From: Desulfobacterales bacterium
GTDB taxonomy: Bacteria; Desulfobacterota; Desulfobacteria; Desulfobacterales; UBA5852
DNA length: 64,000 nt
Direction: 5' to 3'
NCBI GenBank assembly: GCA_963674755.2
Contig: CAXXVS010000003.1
Location: 576,001-640,000 of the forward strand
Shown here: in pieces, positions 48,080 to 58,466 of the stretch
Numbering within the stretch: the stretch's first letter is position 1
Layout: each line of letters opens with the position of its first letter
Program-made: the position numbers and the translations under genes
The notes under the pieces: model-generated
Seen by the model: the letters and a program-made list of their open reading frames with translations, nothing else
Told to the model about the DNA's origin: nothing
Databases searched by the model: none

Positions 48080-48911
48080 GACGTTCCTTCCTGAGGGCGT
48101 ATAGTTCGCCGGCCGCCAGGACCAGTGTGCACAGGGTGAGGAGGACCACGGAGAGGGCCGCTGCCGAGGGGAAGTCCGCACCGCTGTCGGAAATACGGCT
48201 GTAAAGGATGAGGGGCAGAATGTTGACCTGGGTGCCCACAAGGGCCAGGGCCGTGCCGTAAGCGCCGATCGCCACGGCCGAAACGAGGCAGAACGCGCTA
48301 ACGGCGCTGGGCATGATTTGCGGAATCAGAATGTCCACCAGCGCTCTCATGTGGCCGGCACCCAGGGATTGCGCCGCCTTTATCTGGGCCCGGTCGAAGT
48401 TGACCAGTACGGGCAGGAGGATCAGCACCACCCGGGGGATGAGATAGTAGGAGTAGGCGAAAGCCAACCCCAACGGGCTATAGAGAAAGCCTGAAAAAGT
48501 GGCGGGATCCGATCCCAGGGCCGCTAGGGAAAGGGTGATGAACCCTGCGCGTCCAAAGGCCAGGATGAAGCCATAGGCCACGATGAGGCCGGAGAAGGTC
48601 AGTGGCAGCGAAATCCAGAACAGCAGGTTCGTACGCAGGTTCTCCGGGAGGGCGGAGAGGTGCCAGGCCACCCCGAACCCGACCATCAAAGAGAAAGCGG
48701 GCGCGGTCACCCCGAGCACGAGTGTCCCTGCCAGGCCCCTCCAGAAGATGGGGTCGGTGAAGATGGCCGTGAAAGCGCTGCCGCCTCCCGTAAAGGCTTC
48801 CTCGGACACCACCGCGAGGGGGATGACGAAAAAAAACAGGATGGTTAGCGCGCCGGGGGCGGCCATCAAGGCCAGCCGCCGCCGGCGTTTGTTGGGGATT
48901 TTATTGGCCAA
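48063..48911 (-). CDS. ABC transporter permease
   Basis: TM segments and EAA-like loop KAAQSLGAG. Confidence 0.88.
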   Translation of the reverse strand: MANKIPNKRRRRLALMAAPGALTILFFFVIPLAVVSEEAFTGGGSAFTAIFTDPIFWRGLAGTLVLGVTAPAFSLMVGFGVAWHLSALPENLRTNLLFWISLPLTFSGLIVAYGFILAFGRAGFITLSLAALGSDPATFSGFLYSPLGLAFAYSYYLIPRVVLILLPVLVNFDRAQIKAAQSLGAGHMRALVDILIPQIMPSAVSAFCLVSAVAIGAYGTALALVGTQVNILPLILYSRISDSGADFPSAAALSVVLLTLCTLVLAAGELYALRKERHEALP

Positions 48912-49971
48912 GGATCAGTTTTGCCCAGGTTTTGTCAATTTCAGGTTTAAGCGCCGCCGCCTTGACGAGGTCCAGCGGTTTGAGCTGGGGTGTCGCCGGG
49001 AATCGGTCGGCGATGTCGGCCGGAAGTTTCACCCCCGGAACGGAGGGTCGTACGAAGCCTTCCGCAAATGTCGTTTGCCCCGTATCGGTCATGATGAAGT
49101 TCAGCCACAGCTTGCCCGCATTCGGATTGGGGCCGTTTTTGACCAGGCTGATGGCATAGGGCGCCGCCACGGTCGCTTCTTTGGGAATCACCACGGCGAT
49201 GCCGTCGCCCATGCCGTCCTGGTATTTCGCTTTGAGCCCGTCGTTCTCGTAGCCGATCCAGATGGGTATCTCCCCTTTGACGAACTTGGCATAGGGCGTC
49301 GTCCCTTCCACACGCAGGACATTGCCGGCCTTGTGCAGCTTGGCCAGGTACTCCATACCGGGCATGATATTGGTCATGTCGCCCCCGTTGCCGAAATTGG
49401 CGGCGAAGCTCAGCACCTGGCCCTGGCCGGTGGAGCGGGGGTCGAGGTAGACGATGGCATTCTTGTATTCGGGCTTGGCCAGATCCGCCCAGGACTGGGG
49501 CACATTGTCCACCAGCTTGGTGTTGACCAGGAAAGCGATGGTGAGTTGGTGGATGATAAACCAGCGGCCCTCTTTGTCACGGTAGACTTCGGGCAGCTTG
49601 TCGAAGTTCACGGGCTTGAAGCCTTCCAGCAGGCCCTTGTTGGCCGCGTCGATGGCGGATCCCCCGAAGTAATAGGCGGTGTCGGCCTGGGGGCGGTTGC
49701 GGGCCTTGTCAAGCGCCACCACCGTAGCGCCTGATCCCAGGTCGTTATAGGCCATCTCCACCTGGGGGTAGCGGGTTTTGAAACGTTTGAACATGGTTTT
49801 CCAGTTGGCCCAGGTGGGTCCGGTGTCGAAGGACACCACCATGCCTTCCTTGGCCGCGGATTCGTAGAGCGCTTTTTCACCGGGATACAGTTCCTGGCCT
49901 TCGAACGCCATGGCGGCCGATGCAAGAAATGCCAGGGAAAGCATACCTGCCAAGATTGCCTTGAATTTCAT
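48901..49971 (-). CDS. ABC transporter substrate-binding protein (AfuA/PotD-like cluster)
   Basis: Signal peptide, NPQAD-like RPQAD, PQSWADL, LDPRS. Confidence 0.88.
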   Translation of the reverse strand: MKFKAILAGMLSLAFLASAAMAFEGQELYPGEKALYESAAKEGMVVSFDTGPTWANWKTMFKRFKTRYPQVEMAYNDLGSGATVVALDKARNRPQADTAYYFGGSAIDAANKGLLEGFKPVNFDKLPEVYRDKEGRWFIIHQLTIAFLVNTKLVDNVPQSWADLAKPEYKNAIVYLDPRSTGQGQVLSFAANFGNGGDMTNIMPGMEYLAKLHKAGNVLRVEGTTPYAKFVKGEIPIWIGYENDGLKAKYQDGMGDGIAVVIPKEATVAAPYAISLVKNGPNPNAGKLWLNFIMTDTGQTTFAEGFVRPSVPGVKLPADIADRFPATPQLKPLDLVKAAALKPEIDKTWAKLILGQ

Positions 49972-50001
49972 TTTAGCCTCCTCCGTTTGTGATGGTCCAT
50001 T

Positions 50002-51027
50002 TTAGGTTGGCAAGAGCCTGATATGCTCCGGCCGTATGCTGATCGCGTCGATATCGCCGCGGATGCCCGTTTGCCCTAAGATAACTGCCTCGCCGACCGC
50101 CAGGTCATAGCGCCGCACCGCCCCCAGGAAGCGATCCCGGACGATGCCCCCCTTGAATACGTTGATCCCATCGGGCCCTGGCCCGACCGTGATGTTTTCA
50201 GGCCTCACCAAAACCGTTACCCTGCGGCCCGGCGCATAGTCATGGGGCGCTGTTGCCAGCAGACCGAAGGGGAGCCGAACGCTCGTCGATGAGGCTGTTT
50301 CGCCTTCCCACAGGTTGGCCTCACCCACGAAATTCGCCACGCTGCGGGTGGCCGGTTGATCATAGAGCTCAAGCGGTGTGGCAATTTGCACCAAGCGGCC
50401 GGCCTCCATGACCGCCACCCGGTCGGCCATGGAAAGAGCCTCTTCCTGGTCGTGGGTGATATGCACGGTGGAAATGGAAAATTCGCGCTGCAGGCGTCGG
50501 ATTTCATCCCGCATGTCGGCGCGCAGGCTGGCGTCCAGCGCCGAAAGGGGTTCGTCAAGAAGCAGAGCTTTGGGTTGGAACACCAGGGCCCGGGCCAGGG
50601 CCACCCGTTGCTGCTGGCCGCCGGACAGGGTTTGGGGCTGGCGTTCTTCAAAGCCCTTCAGTCCGACCCGCTCCAGGGCTTCGACAGCCAGGTGGCGGCG
50701 TTTCTGCGATGCGATTTTGCGGATCTTGAGAGGGTAGGCCACGTTTTGCCAGGCCGTCATGTGAGGGAAGAGGGCGTAAGACTGGAACACCACCCCGAGC
50801 TGCCGTTCCCGCACCGGCAAGTGGGTGATGGCGGTACCGTCCAGTCGGATGCTGCCGTGGTGGGCCGTTTCGAAACCGGCGATGAGTTTGAGCAGGGTGG
50901 TTTTACCCGAGCCGCTGGAACCGATCACGGCCAGGAGTTCGCCGTCGGCGATGGCGAGATCGATGTCGAATACACCCACCGAGGTGCCGGGGTAGGTAAA
51001 GGTCACCTTTTCGAGATTGAGGCTCAT
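50002..51027 (-). CDS. ABC transporter ATP-binding protein (PotA-like, TOBE domain)
   Basis: GSSGSGKT, LSGGQQQR, LLLDEP, HITHDQEEA. Confidence 0.93.
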   Translation of the reverse strand: MSLNLEKVTFTYPGTSVGVFDIDLAIADGELLAVIGSSGSGKTTLLKLIAGFETAHHGSIRLDGTAITHLPVRERQLGVVFQSYALFPHMTAWQNVAYPLKIRKIASQKRRHLAVEALERVGLKGFEERQPQTLSGGQQQRVALARALVFQPKALLLDEPLSALDASLRADMRDEIRRLQREFSISTVHITHDQEEALSMADRVAVMEAGRLVQIATPLELYDQPATRSVANFVGEANLWEGETASSTSVRLPFGLLATAPHDYAPGRRVTVLVRPENITVGPGPDGINVFKGGIVRDRFLGAVRRYDLAVGEAVILGQTGIRGDIDAISIRPEHIRLLPT

Positions 51028-51809
51028 GATTCACTCTTTCGATATCGGCTGGCCGAACGGGCCGCTAGGGCCCCCCCCGCTGCGGCCAGCAGCGCCAGGC
51101 CAAGGAGAATGACGGTGGCGGCACAGGCGAACCCGGTCGATCCGTAGAAGGCCTGCAGCAGCACCACCGGATAAGGGCGGTAGAGAAAGCCCGCGATCAG
51201 GTTGGACAGCTGGAATTCCCCGATGGACAGGGCCGCCACCATGATGAGTCCCGATCCCAGGCTGTGGCGCAGAAGGGGGACGATAACATCCATGAAACGT
51301 TCGCGAAACGTAGCGCCCAACGACTCGGCGGCCAGCTCGAGTTCATCCAAGCGCAGATGACGCATATCCCCTACCAGGGTTTGCAGCAGATAGGGCAAGG
51401 TCAGCACGATGTGGCCGGCGACGAGGAGCCAGATGCTGCCCAGCCAGGGCAGGGCGTCGGTGGAAAAGAGGAGGATAAAGCCAAAGGCCAGCACCAGGGG
51501 CGGCGCGGCAATGGGCAGGAGGAATACGATCCGGGCGGCCAGCAAAACGCCCCTGGAAGCGCTCCGGTAAAGCGCATAGGCCAGCGGCACGGCGAGCAGC
51601 GTGCCGAACACGCAGGTGGCCAAAACCACTTCCAGGCTGACGGAAAAAGCCCGGCGGAAGCTGCCGTCTTCCCAAAGTTCAAGATACCAGGCGCCGGTGA
51701 ATCCTGTCGGAAGCAGGGTATTGGTCCAATTTTCGCCGAACGATCCGACAAATAGGAGAATAATGGGGATGAAGAGATAGAGTAAATAGATGCCGGTCAC
51801 AACAGCCAT
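51024..51809 (-). CDS. ABC transporter permease
   Basis: TM segments and ELAAESLGAT EAA loop. Confidence 0.88.
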   Translation of the reverse strand: MAVVTGIYLLYLFIPIILLFVGSFGENWTNTLLPTGFTGAWYLELWEDGSFRRAFSVSLEVVLATCVFGTLLAVPLAYALYRSASRGVLLAARIVFLLPIAAPPLVLAFGFILLFSTDALPWLGSIWLLVAGHIVLTLPYLLQTLVGDMRHLRLDELELAAESLGATFRERFMDVIVPLLRHSLGSGLIMVAALSIGEFQLSNLIAGFLYRPYPVVLLQAFYGSTGFACAATVILLGLALLAAAGGALAARSASRYRKSES

Positions 51810-52243
51810 CGGCCGGAATCCCCCTGTAATCGGTTGGTTTTTACCATGTGGCCAGTCCGCTTGACATTATTTGGACTGTCCACATCGAACTCGCAATCCG
51901 CGCCCATAGGATTTTTCACGAATACGGTATCTATCGCACCATGTCAACGGTTCTTGGTCTGACAGCGTTGATTTAACTTAAAATTAGCAAACTTAACGAT
52001 ATGTTAACAATTTGAAAATAGGCGGGAAGAAAAAGAAAGGGTAGCCGCATCAGCCCAAATTGCGTCTAACAGGCTTGATTGGTTGATAAATAATCGATAG
52101 AAAGCAGGCCGCTTAGAATAATTGGACGGTCCGGTTGGGGTGGTCCTTTTCAAATCGTTTGGAATTACCGGCCAGATGGTGTATCCATCAATGTTATGGC
52201 GGGCCTGCGCCAACGGGCTTGGGATGCATAGGATATTAATGAT

Positions 52244-53341
52244 ATGGCCAAGGAAAACGGAAGCATTTACAATGAGATAAGGCACTTGCTGCTGAAAGAA
52301 ATCAAAGCGGCGCCCCCCAACACCAGAATTCGCTCCCGTCGCGATCTCATGCGGGAATACAAGGTGAGCCGTACCACCATCGATCGCGCCATTTCGGAAC
52401 TCATCGGCCAAGGCCATCTCTATGCCAAAAATGGCAGCGGTACCTATGTGACCGAAAGAGACAGCACGGCGTCCACCGGACGGCAAATGCGCTCCTGGGG
52501 CGTACTCCTGCCCGATATCCGCCACTATACCTACCCCGGTATTCTGCGCGGCATCGAACACGTCAGCTTCGAAAACGATGTAAACTTGATTGTGGGCAAT
52601 ATTGAAAACCAGGCCGCCCGCCAGACCAGCTATTTGCGCAATTTCATCGACAGCACGGTCAACGGGGTGATCATTGTGCCGGCTAGGCCGAACCCCAGCG
52701 AGGATCTGGAAGGCCAGCTGTTCACGATGCTCCAGGAGCTTAAAACACAGGGAATTCCCTTCGTGTTCTGTAACCGCAACGCCCTGGGAATCGAAGCACC
52801 CCAGGTGGTGAGCAATGATTTCCACGGCGGACTTCTGGCAACCCGCCATCTGGTAAACCAGGGCTACCGCCGCATCGCCTTTATATCCCACCCGCGGTAT
52901 ACCATCTCCCTCAACCGCTATATGGGCTACCTCAGCGCTCTCGATCTGGCCGGACGCCAGCCGGACGAGCGCCTGATCGCTTTTTCCGATTCATGGGAAT
53001 TCGAGGCGCCCGGCTACGTGGAGATGCGCCGGATGCTGGCCTGTCCGGAACCGCCGGATGCGGTGTTTTGCTTCACCGACCTGATCGCTCGGGGGGCCTA
53101 TCGTGCGGTATGCGAGCGGGGGCTCGTCCCCGGACGTGATGTGGGTATCGTCGGCTACGACGACAGCCCGGTTTGCGGCTCCCTGGATGTGCCGCTTTCT
53201 TCCGTCAAGATTCATTCTTTTGAGATGGGCCGGAAAGCGGCCCAGCTGCTCTTCGATGCCAATCTGCGATCGGCCGTTGGCCGCAATGTGTCCGTTATCC
53301 TGCCCCCCGACCTCGCCGTCCGGGAGAGCAGCCAGCCTTAA
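52244..53341 (+). CDS. GntR HTH / LacI-type effector-binding regulator (AraR-like architecture)
   Basis: VSRTTIDRAI..L...G......GSGTYV GntR HTH; PDAVFC, IVGYDD, LSSV periplasmic-binding-like domain. Confidence 0.88.
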   Translation: MAKENGSIYNEIRHLLLKEIKAAPPNTRIRSRRDLMREYKVSRTTIDRAISELIGQGHLYAKNGSGTYVTERDSTASTGRQMRSWGVLLPDIRHYTYPGILRGIEHVSFENDVNLIVGNIENQAARQTSYLRNFIDSTVNGVIIVPARPNPSEDLEGQLFTMLQELKTQGIPFVFCNRNALGIEAPQVVSNDFHGGLLATRHLVNQGYRRIAFISHPRYTISLNRYMGYLSALDLAGRQPDERLIAFSDSWEFEAPGYVEMRRMLACPEPPDAVFCFTDLIARGAYRAVCERGLVPGRDVGIVGYDDSPVCGSLDVPLSSVKIHSFEMGRKAAQLLFDANLRSAVGRNVSVILPPDLAVRESSQP

Positions 53342-53410
53342 CGGCTGGCAATCTCGCCGATTCAGGTCGGGTGACACGAAACCGACTCCCAGTTTGACCG
53401 CGAGGTCCCA

Positions 53411-55096
53411 TTAGATCCCACGGCGCTCCAGTCGCTTCCGGCCGATGGCCATCGGCACCACGGCGGCGGCCGCGCACAGGAGAACCACCAGCAGGCCGCT
53501 GGCCCAGGCGCGCAGGAACCAGCGGGTGGAAAGGGGGCGGTGGTAGAGCTGGGCCATGAGAAAGTGGTAGACCGGGCCGGCTTCCAAGGCCAGGACGGCG
53601 CCGATGAAGGCCGTGCTGAAGACCATGAAGAGCAGGCCTTCGAAACCGGTGACGGCCTGGGCCGGGTTTTCGGTGCGGAAATCAGGGTTGAGGGCGCCGA
53701 AGCCGATTCCCATGGCCACGATGCCGGGCACCATGACCAACACCGTCAGTACCGAGAGCCCCATCATGAAGGGGGCGACCTTGAGGAGGGTGTTGGTGAC
53801 CACGATCAGCCCTTCGGTCAGCACCAGGAGGGGCAGGAAGTAGATCGCGAATTTGATCCATAGAAAAGACCGCATGGCGAGGGGGGCGGTCTTGATGATC
53901 CAGAAGGCTTCCCGTTCGCTGCAGATGGCCGGAAAGGCGAAGCGGGCCGTAACGGCCGTCAGTACGAAGAGGGCCAGGCCCATGTTGAGAAAGGCCAGCA
54001 GATTCTGCAGGTAGAAGGTGGGCATGGGCGATTTCTCCAAGGGCAGCACCTTGAAGTTGTAGATGTAGATCACCACGAGGGCCATGATCAGAAAAATCTG
54101 GGACCACTGGGTCTGGTCCCGCCAGAACGTTTTGAACTCCTTGTCGATCAGGGCCCGCGTGGGGCCGGAAAACAGGCTGCGCCGCCGTCTTCGGCTCGCC
54201 GGCTGGCGGCGGAATTTATGGCCGGCCGCCTGGGTGCGGGAGTAGCCGCGGAAGTAAAGGGTGTCGGCCAACCCCACGCAGATGAACAGCAAAACCCCGG
54301 TGCCGCTCCATAACAGGGCGATATCGAGCAGCCCCCGGGCCGGCTGGCCTTCCAGGGCGGTCTGCAAGGCGTTGTAGGCCCAGGTGGAGGGCAGCCAAGG
54401 CGACGACGGGGTCTGGAGCGAGGCCACATAGGCCAGCACGCTGTCGAAGACTTCCGGATCCACCAGCTGTTCGGGGCGGGCCATGCGCACGGCGAGATAG
54501 ACCGCCACGAAGGCCAGCAGGCCCAGCAGGATGAAGATGTTCTTCATACGGGTAGCCGGGATGACGATCACTGCCAGCAGCACCAGGAGGCAGCTGAAAG
54601 CGGCCGCCAGCAGGGCAAAGGGGAGCAAGATCGCGGGGAGCACCAGCCCGAAGAGAAGCCCCTGTTCGAAGACCATGCCGTAGGCCAGGAAGACGGGCAG
54701 GGTGAAGATCACCACCATCCAGGAGCCGTCGAAGCTGATCTCCAGCCAGCGGGCCAGGAAGATGCGGTGGGCCGGCACCGGCAGGGCATGCACCAGGGGC
54801 AGGTCCCGGGCCAGGTAGAGCTTGGACAGGGCCGTCAGGATGTCGCTGAAGACCAGCAGGGCCAGGGCCGTCACCATCAACATGTTGAGGAGCTTGAAGT
54901 TCAGCAGAGGACCGATCTGCTCGATGGTGTTGAAATGACCCAGCACCCGCAGGCTCACCAGGAAGACGCCGATCCAGAGGAGGCCCGCCACGCTGGTCAT
55001 CACCCCCAGGCGGATGTATTTGCGGGCGGCGCCATTGGAACGCCGATGCAGCAGGGGCCAAAGACGGGGCTTGATGAGGTCCAGAACGGTGCTCAC
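53411..55096 (-). CDS. Putative ABC-2 type exporter permease
   Basis: ~14 hydrophobic segments, KEFKTFWRD motif, coupled to an ABC ATPase. Confidence 0.8.
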   Translation of the reverse strand: MSTVLDLIKPRLWPLLHRRSNGAARKYIRLGVMTSVAGLLWIGVFLVSLRVLGHFNTIEQIGPLLNFKLLNMLMVTALALLVFSDILTALSKLYLARDLPLVHALPVPAHRIFLARWLEISFDGSWMVVIFTLPVFLAYGMVFEQGLLFGLVLPAILLPFALLAAAFSCLLVLLAVIVIPATRMKNIFILLGLLAFVAVYLAVRMARPEQLVDPEVFDSVLAYVASLQTPSSPWLPSTWAYNALQTALEGQPARGLLDIALLWSGTGVLLFICVGLADTLYFRGYSRTQAAGHKFRRQPASRRRRRSLFSGPTRALIDKEFKTFWRDQTQWSQIFLIMALVVIYIYNFKVLPLEKSPMPTFYLQNLLAFLNMGLALFVLTAVTARFAFPAICSEREAFWIIKTAPLAMRSFLWIKFAIYFLPLLVLTEGLIVVTNTLLKVAPFMMGLSVLTVLVMVPGIVAMGIGFGALNPDFRTENPAQAVTGFEGLLFMVFSTAFIGAVLALEAGPVYHFLMAQLYHRPLSTRWFLRAWASGLLVVLLCAAAAVVPMAIGRKRLERRGI

Positions 55097-55848
55097 GGTT
55101 GCGGGACCTCCCCGGGGGCCTCATCCGGTGTCTGGGTCAGGTTGATGAAAATCGCTTCCAGGTTGGGCGCCCCGCCCCGGATGTCCCGGCGCAGGTCCTC
55201 CAGGCGGCCTTGGGCGATCAGCCGCCCGCGGTGGATGATGCCGATGCGGTCGCAGATGTCTTCGGCCACGGCCAGGGTGTGGGTGGACATGAACACCGTG
55301 ATGCCCCGGGCGGCCAGGTCGCGGAAAAGGTTTTTCACCATGCGGATGGCCACCGGATCCAACCCCACCATGGGTTCGTCCACCACCAGGACCTGGGGCT
55401 CGTGGAGCAGGGCGGCGCACATGATCAGGCGCTGCTTCATGCCGTGGGAATAGGATTCGATCAGTTCCTCGCCCCAGTCGGCTAGGGCGAACATCTTGAG
55501 CAGGGCTTCCGCCTTTTCCCGGAAAACCGTTGGGGCGACGCGGTAGACGTCGGCCGTGAACTGCATAAATTCCAGGCCGGTGAGCTTTTCGTAGAGGTAG
55601 GGCCGATCGGGAATAAATCCGATGCGGTGTTTAGCCGCCACCGGGTCGCGGGCCATGTCGATGCCGGCGATTTGGACGGTGCCCGAAGTGGGGGCCATGA
55701 TGCCGCCGATGATCTTGATGGTGGTGGTCTTGCCGGCGCCGTTGGGTCCGATAAAGCCGAAGATCTCGCCGGTCGGGACCGTGAGATCCAGTCCGTGCAG
55801 GGCGGTGTGGGTGCCGTAGGTCTTGACGATGCTGTGCAGTTCGATCAT
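55093..55848 (-). CDS. ABC-2 type ATP-binding protein
   Basis: GPNGAGKTT, YSHGMKQR, VVDEP. Confidence 0.92.
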   Translation of the reverse strand: MIELHSIVKTYGTHTALHGLDLTVPTGEIFGFIGPNGAGKTTTIKIIGGIMAPTSGTVQIAGIDMARDPVAAKHRIGFIPDRPYLYEKLTGLEFMQFTADVYRVAPTVFREKAEALLKMFALADWGEELIESYSHGMKQRLIMCAALLHEPQVLVVDEPMVGLDPVAIRMVKNLFRDLAARGITVFMSTHTLAVAEDICDRIGIIHRGRLIAQGRLEDLRRDIRGGAPNLEAIFINLTQTPDEAPGEVPQP

Positions 55849-55961
55849 GGGAGAAGGGCTCCGCTCAGTAAACGGCCAGCCAACCCAATCTTTTCCCGTC
55901 GGAAGGGCGGTGGCTGCCGGTTCGCTTTGACAAGTCTTTCCGGTGTTTCGGTGGCCCGGGG

Positions 55962-57443
55962 TTATTCCGCCGCGACTACTTTGATCCGGAGATGCCCCAG
56001 GAGCGGCAGGATGTCGAGCTGTTCGTGCATCGTGCCTTGGGCGAAACGAATATGGGTCACGTCCGCCGGGATCTGGTCGAAGAGGGCATCCACGGTGATC
56101 CAGCGGCCGATGTAGACCCGATTCCAGGCATGGTACAAAAAGCGGCTCTGATGATAAACGAGACCGGCTTCCACCTGGGCCGGGAATCCGGCCGCCCGGG
56201 CCAGGGCCGCCAGGAGAACGGCGTATTCGTTGCAGTCCCCCATGCCCTGCTCAAGGGTGTTCAACGCGTCCGGCAGGGAGAGCACCGGGCGTTTTTCGAT
56301 ATGGGTTCGCATCCAGTCCACGATCCGCTGCAGGTTGGCCAGGGGCGTGTCTTCCGGAACCACCAGCCGGGCTGCCAGGGCCTTGATTTTGGGATGGTCG
56401 GACTGGACGAAATCCGACGGGGCCAGCAGGGCGGCGGCCGTCGGGGGCAATGTATCCCGTTTCAGCCGGTCGGGCAGGTGGGCCAGGCTCTCCCGGGACA
56501 GGATCAAGCGGTTGCCTTCCAGTGCCTGACGGCCGCCGTTCAAGGGATAGCGTGTCGGCGCGATGCCTTCCAGGGCCAGCGTGAGCCGGGTGAGATGGGC
56601 GGGATCGGGAAGGGGTCTGTCCGGCACCACGGCCGCCACCCGGGTCAGGTCTTCGCTGGCGGCGAGGGGTGGCCCGGCCAAGGCCGCCTCCCGGGACACC
56701 CTGACCTGGCGGATCCCCATCAAACCCTGTTCCATCAGGACCTGCCCGTCGTCATCCAGCCAGGTGTCCTGGGAAACGCCCTTGAAGGACAGGGTGACTT
56801 TCCAGGCTTCGATATCCTCCTTTCCAAACGGGACGATTTCACGACCCTGCAGGGTGAGCATGATTTCCTCCTGGGACATGGTGGAAGGATCGAAGATATG
56901 AAACACGTGGCGTGTCCCGGGAGCCGGATCGCTTTTTATCAGGGCCGGAAAAATTCCGGCGGGCAGATAGGGGGGCGCATCCAGGGGCAGCCGCAGATGG
57001 CGTTCGTTGTCGCCGGATCGAATGCGACAGACCAGGTGGGCGTCCTCCACCTGCCCCTGGGCCTGGAAGACGAACAGGCCGGAATGCATGGTGAAGAAAA
57101 AGCGCTGCAGCGACAGGTCCGGGTTCAGCCATCCACGGGAGTCCAGCACGAGTTCCTGCACGAGTCCCATGGTGTTGATGCGCATGGTGACCTGTTCACT
57201 CAGGTGATAGCCGTCCTCCACGGGCGCCAGGCGGCTGTGGGAATGGCCGATTTGGCGATCGCCCTGGAGGATGGCCATCCAGCGCTCCGATGCCGCGAGG
57301 GGGCCGGTTGGGGACTCCCCGGTGACCGGTGCGGCCGCCTCCTGTCGGGAGACGGTGCCCGTGCGCACCAAAAGCAGAGCGGTGAAGAGAAGACCGCATA
57401 GCAACCCGCCCAGCAGAAACCATCTATTGTGTCTCAGCGCCAT
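55962..57443 (-). CDS. Membrane-anchored transglutaminase-like domain protein
   Basis: GDCNEYA..LAALARAAGFPA, YHAW, WITVD (Cys-His-Asp triad); N-terminal TM. Confidence 0.88.
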   Translation of the reverse strand: MALRHNRWFLLGGLLCGLLFTALLLVRTGTVSRQEAAAPVTGESPTGPLAASERWMAILQGDRQIGHSHSRLAPVEDGYHLSEQVTMRINTMGLVQELVLDSRGWLNPDLSLQRFFFTMHSGLFVFQAQGQVEDAHLVCRIRSGDNERHLRLPLDAPPYLPAGIFPALIKSDPAPGTRHVFHIFDPSTMSQEEIMLTLQGREIVPFGKEDIEAWKVTLSFKGVSQDTWLDDDGQVLMEQGLMGIRQVRVSREAALAGPPLAASEDLTRVAAVVPDRPLPDPAHLTRLTLALEGIAPTRYPLNGGRQALEGNRLILSRESLAHLPDRLKRDTLPPTAAALLAPSDFVQSDHPKIKALAARLVVPEDTPLANLQRIVDWMRTHIEKRPVLSLPDALNTLEQGMGDCNEYAVLLAALARAAGFPAQVEAGLVYHQSRFLYHAWNRVYIGRWITVDALFDQIPADVTHIRFAQGTMHEQLDILPLLGHLRIKVVAAE

Positions 57444-57664
57444 TGCCCTATCTTAAGAAACGCCGCGTGTTGCCCGGCCATGCCGGCTTCGCTAAAGTGA
57501 ACTCCCATGTTAAGAGATGTCGCCTGGACCGTCAACCGGCGGGGGTGGTTTTAGGGCGCCGGGTATTTGTATTCTGTCGGTTGATATGGTAAGAATCGCC
57601 CGCCAACCCAAAAAGGCGGTCCAATTTTTTCCAGCGATTTATCAGCTAAAACAGGGAGTCAGGT

Positions 57665-57928
57665 ATGGCCCTGCAATTCAATGCGGTTGTTTTGTATTAC
57701 TGGTGGGGCGGGGCGGCCCTGATGGCCGCCCTCGGTGCCCTGGCCCGCCGCCGCTTCAAGGCTTTGGGCAGGATTTTGCTGGGGTCGGCGGCCGCTGCCC
57801 TGGGGGTTTGGCTTCAGCCGCAATTGCCGGAATCCTTTGGCTTTGTTATCCAGGCGGTCCTGATGCTGACATCGGCGGTACTGATCCTGCTCGGTATCGC
57901 GGCGACGTTTTCATCCGAAGCCCCCTGA
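57665..57928 (+). CDS. Small membrane protein (three TM)
   Basis: Hydrophobic 87-aa ORF with GGGAG RBS. Confidence 0.65.
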   Translation: MALQFNAVVLYYWWGGAALMAALGALARRRFKALGRILLGSAAAALGVWLQPQLPESFGFVIQAVLMLTSAVLILLGIAATFSSEAP

Positions 57929-57994
57929 CGATCCCGGACGGCTCTCTACAGGGACCTTCAGGCTAGGATACCCAGACAGGAGGGAACGGGTTGT

Positions 57995-58396
57995 ATGGCA
58001 GCCGAATCATTTGAAACCCTGTTTACTTCGGAGCGTTTGGAACGCCTCTTTCCCGCGGACCGCGCCGATCGTTTTTTCGATGCACTCTTTGGTGATGCAC
58101 GTGAAGGTGCTTACGATATCCGGCTGGATTACGACGGTTCCCAGAACGGCCAACTGCATTTTCTTTTTCAATTGTCCGAACGGCCGGGTAAATGCCTGTC
58201 CTGCAGCCTGACCTATGGGCTGCCCCATGTCTTCAGCCGTCACCCGATCATCAATGTGGCCGGTCTGGTACGCGAGATCGACCAGCTGCTGGACGGCTCC
58301 TGTCATTGCGGAACCTGGGAAATCGGCCGCACCATCGAATTCGATCGCAGCCACCACGCCGTTCCCCTGACGATCCAGATCGATCCGGCCGGCTGA
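57995..58396 (+). CDS. Hypothetical protein with CxxC motif
   Basis: GAYDIRL..RPGKCLSCSLTYGLP..FSRHPIIN; purine-rich RBS. Confidence 0.75.
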   Translation: MAAESFETLFTSERLERLFPADRADRFFDALFGDAREGAYDIRLDYDGSQNGQLHFLFQLSERPGKCLSCSLTYGLPHVFSRHPIINVAGLVREIDQLLDGSCHCGTWEIGRTIEFDRSHHAVPLTIQIDPAG

Positions 58397-58466
58397 CCCG
58401 ATCGATCTTCAGGGTCGCGAGCGCGCTGCGGCACCATCCTGTAGGCGACAAGGTTTTTCATAACAG

